Shown here piece by piece: positions 54,272 through 64,000 of a stretch of DNA of 64,000 nucleotides. Below the pieces are notes generated by a model. That model was given only the letters and a program-made list of their open reading frames with translations. It searched no databases and was not told where the DNA came from. Location of the stretch: assembly GCA_964019335.1 (NCBI GenBank), contig OZ025738.1, positions 310,001 through 374,000 of the forward strand, read 5' to 3'. Made by a program: the position numbers and the translations under genes. Source of the DNA: Diplonema japonicum. Its lineage: Eukaryota > Protista > Euglenozoa: Diplonemea. Within the stretch, counting starts at the first letter, position 1. Every line of letters starts with the position of its first letter.

Positions 54272-54664
54272 CTATTTATTAAATGGGCTCGACCTCTGTG
54301 CTTTCATGACCCTTGTCGCTTCGTCTGGGTTGTTCCAGACCACCCTTCCTCTCTCCGCGATCCAGTCATTGATTTTTGTGCCGCCTGCGTCCTTTGTCAT
54401 GTGTGCACTCCACGTTTTGTGGTGCAGGTTTATGTCTCCTACCGTTAGGACGTTATCGCCGTCATGCAGGTCTTCTGCGGTGAAATCCTCTGTGCGGGTG
54501 TCGTCCCCTCCGTTGAGTGGTGGGCGGTAGAGGTTCACAATGTGGATGTCCGGTCCGTTCTTCTGGCTGATTAATACGGATATCTTTTCCGTCACTCTCT
54601 TGGTGTAAGTGTCGCCAGATATCTGAAGGGAAACAGAGGTCACCTTGCGCTTTCGTTCCGCCAT
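54272..54664 (-). pseudogene. Chimeric ORF: first 17 codons of the Ubl-TPR gene fused to a LINE APE endonuclease fragment
   Basis: MAERKRKVTSVSLQISG followed by IVNLYRPP...VGDINLHHKTW...NNPDEATR (ingi/I-type endonuclease motifs). Confidence 0.75.
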
Positions 54665-55078
54665 TTATTTTTTTTGTTTCCCTCTCCCCTCCGTTCTCCT
54701 GGTTTTCATTTTTTTAAAAATATTTTTGGTGGTTTTGGAAAAAAAAAAAGAAAAGAAAAAAAGAAAAGAAGAATGACTTTGGTTGCTTCATAAACCGCCT
54801 GACGTACGAGCAACTTCTTTACCGCGCTAGCGGATGAGGGAAGGGTGGACTGCGTTCTGGTAGGTTGTTGTGCCCTGTAGTCAGGCACGAAAGGGTCGGA
54901 CCACTCTTTTCTCTGTGCAGTCGGTACAGCGCATTGTCTTTCAAGTATTTCGCACGTTCTGTTGGATGCAAATTTCGGCCTTCCGGTGTACCCCTTCGAT
55001 CGCTTGGGTGCACCTATCGATCGTAACGCCACGGATTCTGTTATTTCCCTGGGCAAAAAAAAAAAAAAAAAAAAGATA

Positions 55079-56246
55079 TAAAGGGCCCCCCCGAATAATC
55101 CCTTTATTTGGGCAGTGGAGGGGGGGTGTTTGAGCTCCAAAAAAAAAGAATTATTTGGAATACACTTATTTGGGTTGTACTTATTTGGGCTAGGGAGCCT
55201 GCCACATGGAAAGCAGGGAGCGGGGCTTAGAGCACTTCGGAAATCTTAACATGCCAAATCGTGCCAAGACTTTTTTCATGCCCTTTTTTTTTTCCAAGGG
55301 AAATTTTAACAGTTTTTCTCCCAGGCTGTGGAGAACCCACAAACGTTGCAGACAAACCGCCTGGTTTTGGCGTTAGGTGGTTGCTGGGAGGTTGCAGGGG
55401 TCTGAGAGGCTTGAGAAACTGTCGGGGCTTGAGAAGCTTCAAGGGCTTGGGAGGCTGCTGGAGTCTCGTCAGGTGCAGTGTCCATTGTAACACCCGCAAC
55501 TACATTCTGTGCTGCACTGTCTAAAGCCCGACCCCTTCAAAGTGCTTACTTCGCTAAGCGCCCTTAGCTGTATGGTCTCCTCGGAACTACCTGGAAGGTA
55601 GCCGCAGGACCGCATACAGCTAAAGGTGCCGAGCAGTTGCATGACCTCTTACTTGCGTAAGCAGCCTCACAATACCGCCAGTGGGCTACGGCACAGCTTT
55701 GGGATCTTGCTCAGGAATGGAATATTGACATTGCGGGCCATGAAAGAAGCAAATACCGGATAAGCTGTCAACACATGAATCCACGTGCCCTTCCGGCAAC
55801 GCAGAAGCACCCGGGCCACCCACAAAGCGCCTTCGAACTCAGTAGTTCCGTGAAATTTTGAACCGTTCATCACGAACCATCTAGCTTCTTGCGTTAGAAA
55901 AATAGTCCCCACAATACCCCCAGGTGCTAAGCCCCGTGGCCCCTGTTCAAAATGCAAAAGAATTGCTTGTAAGTGCCCAAAAAGTGCCCAAAACCAGGCG
56001 GAAATCGACTTTTTGGTCAAAAAAGGGGTGTATACATGGGTTAGGTCGGCTAGTACCCTGCACAGGCATAACTGAGAAAAGCCCGTTGCACGACTACCAT
56101 GTGACCCCCCCACCCCGGTCCCCCCAAAAAAAAAAGAAAGGGGGTCGGGAATTATTTGGGAAATTTGGAGCGGAAAAATCCCCGAAAAAAAAAAGAATTA
56201 TTTGGGAAAAAACACATTATTTGGGAGGGAATTATTCCCCCCTTTA
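55079..56246. mobile_element. TIR element family A, copy 5 (shorter, complete)
   Basis: TA|TAAAGGG...GGGAATTATTCCCCCCTTTA|TA; lacks ~380 bp present in copies 1-3. Confidence 0.85.
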
Positions 56247-56464
56247 TATGGTCACCTCTCTGCTATTTGTCACAAAGTACTGCCCGCAAATTTCATATTT
56301 CTTTAAGTGTAAAAATCAAAAGCCATGCCTGGATTAGCTCCAGAAGTGGAATAAAATTTCGAATAAGAAAATCATGGCTAGGTGCTGTTTAAACCCAGCG
56401 AAAATTAAGCAGGATTTACACTACTTTTCCCCTTAATTCCATGTCGAAGTTGTGCGAACTGTGT

Positions 56465-56644
56465 TCATGCGCCACGAGAACCGGTACCTTGTTGCCAGCT
56501 TCCCTCAGGCCATGAGCTCTGCGTGAAGGTAGACCCGGTTCGTGTCTTGCCCTTCCCGCAGTACTTGCATTTGAACGGGCCTTTAGGTTTGCTCGGCCGT
56601 TTCTTGGCTCTGGGCTTCTTGGGACAATGTCCTTCGTGCCAGCG

Positions 56645-56647
<3 letters not shown>
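56465..56647 (-). pseudogene. Zinc-finger fragment homologous to the C-terminus of the 38658-40944 protein
   Basis: MRWHEGHC..KPR..FKCKYCG vs RMRWHERHC..KPR..LSCVKCG; lies just downstream of the Ubl-LRR gene 57104-58201. Confidence 0.6.
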
Positions 56648-56684
<37 letters not shown>

Positions 56685-56856
56685 TAACTCGTAAATGAGT
56701 CGCATTGTTGCTCTTGGGACGCCTCTAAGACCTGTGCCCTCACACGTATGTAGGGGTTCCCCTGCTGCTTCGTTTCCCACAGGCTTTTGTGGCTATTGTC
56801 TCCTATTTTTGCTTATTGAATCCCCCAAGGCACCACCCCCAGGGTCTTCTTTTTTT

Positions 56857-56888
<32 letters not shown>

Positions 56889-57103
56889 CCAACAGAAGGG
56901 GGTGGGGGGAGGGGGAGTAAATCAATCTTGTTCCCTCTTTTCCTTTCACACTGTACTGGGTGGTGTGGTTCTTCTACCTGACCTTTCGGCTGCCTTGATC
57001 GGCTTTGCCATGACACTGCGGCCGGCGGATTTTGTTCGTGTTCTTTTCTTTTTTGTGCTCTATTTGGACGATTGTACACACATGTGCAAATTGGCATTTT
57101 CGC

Positions 57104-58201
57104 CTAATTTGCCACACGGCATCCCATTGTGGTCTGTATGCTTACCCAAGATGGCACCCTAAGACCATCTTTAATGTACCTCTCAGAAATATCACTGCCT
57201 CCTCTCAAAACGATGGTTTCTAGACTCCCGCAATTATATACAAAGTAATCACCAATAGAAAGAAAGTGCTTCGAACTTAGGTCGATGGTTTTTAGTTTGC
57301 TGCAGAATGAAAAGCAGTACTCTCCTAAGGAATAAAGATTGGTCATTGAACTCAAGTCGATGGCTTTTAGTTTATAGCAGCCAGACAAGAAGTTACGACC
57401 AATGGAAGAAACATTGGTCATCGAACTAAAGTCGAGGGTTTCTAGTTCTTCGTTCGCACACAAGAAGCAATGACCAATGGAATTAAGATTGGTCATCCCA
57501 TTCAAGTCAATTGTTTCTAGTTTTTTGCACCCTAATAAGAAGTAATCACCAACAGAAGAAAGATTGGTCATCGCTTTCAAGTCGATGGTTTCTAGATTTT
57601 TGCACTCTTTTAAAAAGTCATGATAAATAGTAGAAACATTGGGGAGGATGAGAGAGACAGACGTCAGGTGGTTGCATTTCCGAAGAAAACCCTCGTCTAT
57701 ACTTGTAACACAGCCTGTGGAGTCGGTGACAACGAGGAACTGAAGTCCAGAAGGAAGGTCACTGCTGCTCATGGACAAGACTTCGACAGCTGGAGAGTCC
57801 CCCACCTCCACCACCAGAACAAGCTCAGGGTCAGCTGACACAAGACCCTCAAGCTCAGAAAGTACTTCTGAGTTCTTGTCCTTCAGCTCTTCCAAATGAA
57901 CTGTTTTCTTGTTCTCCTCCACATGGACCATGGAGCCCTCCACGAGGGCAAGTTGCTGAAGCTCTTCACCCCCTTTCATGTCAAGGACCTCACCCTCCCA
58001 AACCAGTTTGAACCTGCCTTCGAGTAAACCAGCAGCACACCCCGCCTTCTTGTACAGGCTCCCCACTGTCTCCTTCCCCGACACTTCCACATCGTGAACC
58101 CCGCCTCCCGTCTTCACGAACACTGTCATATCGTTCACCCCTTCATCTGATCTCTTTCTCTTTCTGTTCATGTTCTTTTTTTTTCGTTCTTTTCCCCCCA
58201 A
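57104..58201 (-). CDS. Ubiquitin-like + LRR protein (start probably at 58171, MNRKRK, or MTVFVK)
   Basis: Same Ubl and linker as paralogues, with ~7 diverged LRRs. Confidence 0.85.
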   Translation of the reverse strand: MGGKERKKKNMNRKRKRSDEGVNDMTVFVKTGGGVHDVEVSGKETVGSLYKKAGCAAGLLEGRFKLVWEGEVLDMKGGEELQQLALVEGSMVHVEENKKTVHLEELKDKNSEVLSELEGLVSADPELVLVVEVGDSPAVEVLSMSSSDLPSGLQFLVVTDSTGCVTSIDEGFLRKCNHLTSVSLILPNVSTIYHDFLKECKNLETIDLKAMTNLSSVGDYFLLGCKKLETIDLNGMTNLNSIGHCFLCANEELETLDFSSMTNVSSIGRNFLSGCYKLKAIDLSSMTNLYSLGEYCFSFCSKLKTIDLSSKHFLSIGDYFVYNCGSLETIVLRGGSDISERYIKDGLRVPSWVSIQTTMGCRVAN

Positions 58202-58379
58202 ACACTTCTTGTTTTGTTTTTATTTTCCCTGTGTGCTTGTCGTGAAGGCTTCAGAAAAAGTAGATCTTGTATACCACAAACGTGACTTTGATTTTAGTGG
58301 GGCCTGTCCTATCAGGCCAAAAATAATAAAAATAGTTTTTTGTATTGTTCTGTAAAAAGTCCCAAGTATGGTCCAAAAG

Positions 58380-59013
58380 GTTGCCACGAATCTATGAGGA
58401 TCTGGCACTACCTACGGGTAGCTCGCGACGAGGAAGGCAAATGGTCTAAGGATCTACTTCCGACGCTGCACAGTTACATGCTACGGCTTGTCTCTGCTGG
58501 AGGAGGCCGCGAGGACACTTGGTCGGCATCGCTGTGAAAGCCCCGAGGAGCAGAGCCGGTTCATTTTTTCATAGCGCATTTTGCGTTAAGAAGCGAAAGC
58601 CTGGATAGCTGCGCTTCATCCTCGCCTGCACAGGCCTGAACAAGAGTCTGAGCCACTTACCCTTGCCGCCATGTAACTTCCCCTCCTATCGTGAGATAGT
58701 CGAGACATGTTCCGAGGAGCCTACTTCATCGAGCACGATTTCAAATCATGGTTTTTCCAGTTTGAGCTGCACAGGGAATCGCGGCCTTTCTTCTCGTTCA
58801 GAGCGGATGGGAATATCTTGCAGAGGCTTGCAATAGGATACCGAGCCGCACCGCAGCTGGGTCAAGCCGTCGCCAGATGTGTAGCTAACGAGTCTGTGAG
58901 AAATTCATCCGTCCTGGCTGTCGTCTGGCTGGACAACATCGTGCTCATTGACAAGGACCTGGATACGTTGAAGGAGGCTTCGCTCAGGTTCGAAGCTCTG
59001 TGCCGGAGGTACC
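58380..59013 (+). mobile_element. Reverse transcriptase relic of a tyrosine-recombinase retrotransposon (VIPER/DIRS-like)
   Basis: FCVKKRK..LRFIL..LNK, DFKSWFFQF, FFSF, RLAIGY..AP...Q, VWLDNIVL. A WxDN catalytic motif is VIPER-like. Contains stops and frameshifts. Confidence 0.72.
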
Positions 59014-62000
59014 TGAAATGATTTTAAGTTAGAATAGAGAAGCGGAGAAATAGATAAAAAGGGGTGGAAAAGAATAAATACTGCATACGAAAACAGAGAG
59101 TCGAATATAAAGGGAAAAAGGTGACTGACATCCTCAAGAGGAGCCTCCCACATACCAGAATTAAGCAGAGGTTGCTTCCATGGCCCGTATCAGTCTATCG
59201 CCGGAAAGAATGATGAAAATAACGGAACGAAGTGAAGAAGGAAAAGAGAAAAGACGGCCTGGTCGCCAGGAAGTGCTGGTTCAGACGCGTCGGCGGACGC
59301 AGTTTAACGTCATACCCGGGACCGAAAACATGTAGGAAAAGGAAAAAGCAGAAAGGGTAATAACAAGTTTAAAATTGGAAAGAAAATGGAAAGGGTGGAA
59401 ACTAAATAATAGGGTGCGAGGTCTGTGAAACCTTGCATCGCCTATCGCCCTCGTAGCACGCCGGGCCGGCACTCCTACATTGTGTAGGGTTGTTTCCGAT
59501 TGTTCCTAGTTGTAGGAATGCAGGACAGTCGACCACTGCGACTCGTTGTAATAGAGGGTCCCGGCCCCTACAAAGTCAGCGAGCAGGGCTGCCACGGTCG
59601 AGTAGGACTTGTCCCCGAACCCTTGGGTTTGCAGCAGAAAGCCTTGTTCCTGGCGGGATGCGTAGTGCCACGTCGAACCGTGACAGACCAGCAGGCACGG
59701 GATCACAACCCGTGTGTCGAGGGGGACCGCGACCAGGGGGGCCTCACCCAAGAAGTGAGTGCACGCCCTGGACATGCAATTGGGGTCAAAAGTGGCCTCG
59801 CCCCTGGAAAGAAAGCCCAGATACCGAAGCTCATCCAGGTCCTCAGGGCCGTCGACGCCTGCATCCTTGGTGAGCCTCCGAAGGGCGACGAGCCCAGTGA
59901 TCCTGGTGTTCGGCCGCGTCGCGGCGAGATCTCGCTTGGCCGCGGGGAGTGCGGGACCGTCCTCGGGCTCCGGGCGTTTGTTCCTCTGTGCGTTGTAGGT
60001 GATCAGGAGAGGGGTCTTCCCCGAAGGTCTAGCTTTATCGCCTCCTGGGGTCTCGGAGCCAAAGAGCGGGTGCTTCCATCCACCTCGGGCGAAGAACTCC
60101 GACCACCAATGTTGCTGCACCGGGGTGTTCAGTCCCGAGTGCCACTCGTGAGACAGCCGGAGACGCTCGGACTCAGGCAGTGCGTTGTGCGCAGTCACAA
60201 GTAGTTGCTCTTGGTTGGCGACAGTTACTTGTTGGTCAGTTCTGACCGCGTCACGAGCCTCGAGCAGCAGTTGATGTGGAGGGGTGTCCAGGTGCTTCGG
60301 GAGGGACCCGACCGCCAGGATCCGTCTCTGGTGTTCGTCCAAGAGCTCCGGTCGCTGTCGGAAGTAGACCAAGAGACTGAAGTAGCGGTCCATCCGTCTC
60401 TGGAGGAGCCTTCGGTCGAGGGCATCCTGGTCAAGGCCCTGGGACTGTTCGCGCAGGATGAGAAGCCCTTCGTCGTCGGTGGATGTAGAACTCTTACCAC
60501 GACGGCTTTCGTGCTCGTATGCAGTGCCGTCGTGCTTCTTCTTACGCGAGGGTTTGTCCGGGGAGTCCTGCGTGAGGTCGATCACCTCTGGGGCCCTGCT
60601 TGTTTGAGGAGGGTCAAGGGGGGGCAAATCCCTCGGTTCGGGCAACGGGCGCCTCCAGGGTCAGTGTTTGGACGCCGACCGCCGGTTGGAGTGTCGCGTG
60701 TCCCATGCCGGGAGGCATCGGCGTGTCAATCCCGAGCCCGATGTCCTGATGGGCGGACTGGGTGCATACCGTAAGCTGGGCGGCCCCAGGGACCGTCACT
60801 AGGGCTCCAATCGTCTGGTGGATGCCCAGGTGGCCCCCTGCCGAATCGGGCGTCGTCGCCTCGACTCGGACTAGAGATGGCTCCGCAGCCGACGTCGATT
60901 CCCTCTGGGTGCTGATAACCGGTTGGAGTGTCACGTGTCCCATGCCAGACGGCATCGGTGTGTCAATCCCGTGCCCGGTGCAGACCGCGAGCTCAGAGGG
61001 TGCCACGCTCGTTGATAGCGGCTGGCACGGTGTCAACTGCGGCCCAGCATTCGTCCGCCTCAGCAGAGTCACGCGGGGTGTAGAAGCTGCAAGCGATCGC
61101 GGTTCTGTAGCCTCCGAAACCGGCCTGGCCGAGGTCGCAGGCGTCCTCAGTTCCATGGACCTTGTGAATAGCCTGACCTCTAGTGAAACGGGTGTCTGTA
61201 GTTCTGCCGACTTCGTGAAAAGCTTGATCGGCGCGGCCATGGGCGTCCTCAATTCCGCGTATATTGGGGACAGCTTGCTACTAAGAGGGGATGTCTGGAG
61301 GGCTACGGAAGACGAGAACAGCACAGGTGTTGCGGTTGGGTCCGTCTGACAGGCTGCGACTGCTATCTGTGGCGCAGACTTCCGCAAACTTGCGACCTTC
61401 GGGAAAAGTGGGATCGTTCCAACTAAGTCTGTCTGGCTCGCCGCAGATGTGGTGGCGACAGAGCATCCGGTGTGCACAGCCCGGGCGGCCACAGCGGCAA
61501 CTAGGGTCACGAAGGTTATGGCGACGGGACGCTCGATGTGAGCGGTGTGTGTAGTCATAGCTGGAGCGGCGGCTGTCGTGTCAGACCGTCTGACGCGTGT
61601 GGCATGTGCAGCTACGGCTGCGGCCTTGGCGACGTAGATAAGGAGGGTGCGGTCATCCGGGGTGTTGACAGCACCCTCAGCCGTTTCTGGATTCGAGTAG
61701 CTTGCCTGCGGTGCCGCCGGGGTGACGACCGGCTCTAACTCGCGGCGCTCTGCCTCGGGGTCAAGAACACGTGTAATGTGTTTCCTGCCCGGGGCTGTCT
61801 CGGCCCACGTCTTGTCTGTGATGCAGAGGATGTTGTGCTCGCAGTAGGTCGTGCAAAGCTGTTGGACACGCTGGGTTCTTAACTTTTTGTCGGTGTCTTT
61901 AACGACGTACCGTCCGTTTGTAAGGAGAGCGATAATCCAGTGGTCGCTGCGACTGCGTTTCAGGGGACCGATGATCAGACAAGGGGCTTTCATGCCCGCG

Positions 62001-63030
62001 CTGAAAGTTACCAGTTTTGCTCCGACTACCATGAGGCAGGCGCGTGACATGGTTGAGCGGGAGAGGATCGGGCGCTTCTGCATTGTCGGAAGGGTTGACG
62101 CTTCGTGCGAAGCCGTGGTACATCTTCTGAATCTCTTGCATTGTAGAGAAGGGGATGCGATCCACCCCGGCATACTCTGCCAACCAGTTTATGACGGCCC
62201 AACCGCATTCCAGGCCCCAACGACCCTCCCCACTTTTGTTGTGCAGGTTGATGGGGGGCGAAAACACCTGATCCGCGGCATCGGATGGTGAGACCACGGA
62301 GGCTGCTCGGGGTCCAGCTAAACCTGAAGAGCTATCCGAGGAGCTGCCTGAGGAACTACCCAAGGGCTTGCCTGAGGGGCCGTCCGTGGAGTCGCCTGAG
62401 GAACCGGCCGAGGGGTTGTCCGAGGGGGGCGATGAACGAGGTTTCTTGGGACCTACGTACGTTTGCTCCGGCAGCCAGGAAACAACCGGGTCTTTGGCCT
62501 TGTATTGTTGAAGGACCTTAGAGAAAAAGGCCCGCAGGTGCTTTCTCTCCGAGGCAAAGAGCCGTTCCACTTCCCGAGTGCTTTTGTTCTTTTCCTAAGA
62601 ATGAAGGAACACAATAATAATACTCTTCATAAATTCATAGATTGTTTTTGGTTTTTTTTCTTCATGTACTTGCCTTGAAGGTAAACCCACAGGAACACAA
62701 TAACAATACTCTTCATAAAAGAAAATGAAGGAATGAAGGGGAAAAAAAAAAAAAAAAAAAAAAAAAAAAACAACCCTGGGGGAAGAAGAAAATACACTGA
62801 ATCGAAAAAGAAGGGAAAACGAAGTTGAGGATTTCAGACAGATCAGTCGGGTCCCACAGTGGGATGCCAATCGGCAAACCAACCTGGCCTCGACCCACCC
62901 ACCTGCAAGCCCCCAGCCCATAACCCCTAACAACCCATCAAGGACACCTTCACCTACATCTCACATTCGCTGCGGCTCCCTTTTATCAGGGCACTGGTGC
63001 ATTCCTACCATTCATCGGAGGTGCCACAGC
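59014..63030 (-). mobile_element. Unclassified element with frameshifted long ORF(s) 62570->59506 containing two putative Cys-protease motif sets; no RT visible
   Basis: Overlapping minus ORFs 61899-62570, 60614-62173, 59506-60645. It truncates the VIPER-like RT, and its terminal ~32 bp recur as an insertion at 4030. The right boundary is uncertain. Confidence 0.45.
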
Positions 63031-63276
63031 AAAAGAAAAAGAAAAAAAACCAATTGGAAAGCAATAAATCAGAAATAAAAATCGTTGAAAGAAGCAAAGT
63101 TGAAACAAAAAAAAACAGAGAAAAAAAACTCAATGTGCAGGACAAACCAAAAGAAATATAAATGAATGATAATGGAAAAAACAATTTGGAAAGCAATAAA
63201 TCAGAATAGCAGGCCGACCCGCCTGCAAACCCGTGCCACTTGCACAGAGCCAGATTTTCAAGTGTAGGAGTGAAAA

Positions 63277-64000
63277 CTAATATTTCACTTTATCAGACGC
63301 AGTGGGATGGGGGAGAGGTTCTTCACTACACTGCACAGGCACTGCTTGCAGGAGCGACTCGCCAGGCATCGGTACCTCTTCCTCCTTTTCGGCAGGAGGT
63401 GCAGGGGTTGCGGTGTCATCTGAAACACTTACCCCAGGTGGCACCCTAGACTTTAAAAGCCTCTTAATAGCATCAGTGCCTCCTCTCAAGTTGATGGTTT
63501 CTAGTTTTTCGCACCGTGACAAGAAGTAATGACCAATACAAGAAAGATTGGTCATCCCATTCAAGTCGATGGTTTCTAGTTTTCTGCACCCTGACAAGAA
63601 AGAATTACCAATGGAAGAAAGATTGGTCCCATTCAAGTTGATGGTTTCTAGTTTTTTGCACCCTGACAAGAAGCAATAACTAACAGAAGAAAGATTGGTC
63701 ATCGCATTCAGGTTGATGGTTTCTAGTTTTTCACAATCTGACAAGAAGCAATGACCAACAGAAGAAAGATTGGTCATCGCATTCAGGTTGATGGTTTCTA
63801 GTTTTTCACAATCTGTCAAGAAGCAATGACCAATGTGATAAATATTGGTCATCGAATTCAAGTCGATGGTTTCTAGATTTCTGCATTCTCTTAAAAAATT
63901 AGGATTAATGGTGGAAACATTGGGGAGGATGAGAGAGACAGACGTCAGGTGGTTGCATTTCCGAAGAAAACCCTCGTCTATACTTGTAACACAGCCTGTG
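63277..64000 (-). CDS. 3' part of another Ubl-LRR family gene (5' end outside the window)
   Basis: 63912-64000 is near-identical to 57632-57720; repeats KLETINLNAMTNLSSVGHCFLSDC. Confidence 0.85.
   Translation of the reverse strand, partial: TGCVTSIDEGFLRKCNHLTSVSLILPNVSTINPNFLRECRNLETIDLNSMTNIYHIGHCFLTDCEKLETINLNAMTNLSSVGHCFLSDCEKLETINLNAMTNLSSVSYCFLSGCKKLETINLNGTNLSSIGNSFLSGCRKLETIDLNGMTNLSCIGHYFLSRCEKLETINLRGGTDAIKRLLKSRVPPGVSVSDDTATPAPPAEKEEEVPMPGESLLQAVPVQCSEEPLPHPTASDKVKY

Noticed and set aside
62966-63030. Twister ribozyme
   Set aside because: Superficial GCCC.GATAAAAG.GAG similarity, but the conserved UAA cleavage loop and pseudoknot pairings are missing.

Overview
Eukaryotic, transposon-rich genomic window, very probably from a diplonemid (Euglenozoa). 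The evidence is a near-complete diplonemid-type spliced-leader (SL) exon at 27552-27589 (-), kinetoplastid-style adenylate cyclases, and the fact that every host gene lies on the minus strand. Host genes fall into two groups. (i) cAMP signalling: one catalytically intact multi-pass adenylate cyclase and four TM-Cache-TM-HAMP-pseudocyclase receptors. Three of the receptors sit in a ~6.4-kb tandem array in which only the extracellular pocket is divergent. (ii) A family of proteins with an N-terminal ubiquitin-like domain joined to different repeat bodies (seven LRR-family loci, one ankyrin, one TPR), with variable LRR number and hypervariable LRR positions. There is also one 1708-aa alpha-solenoid protein. 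Mobile DNA includes TA-flanked TIR elements, hAT and piggyBac MITEs/remnants, a Sola-like transposase relic, a VIPER/DIRS-like RT relic, a Penelope-like fragment and several LINE fragments. The most striking item is a degenerate APE-type LINE with a 2A-like (StopGo) motif whose 5' end is an SL exon still followed by GTAT. It and other LINE fragments are flanked by T-tracts, not A-tails, on the sense strand. All family assignments are from motif recognition by eye; no searches were run.
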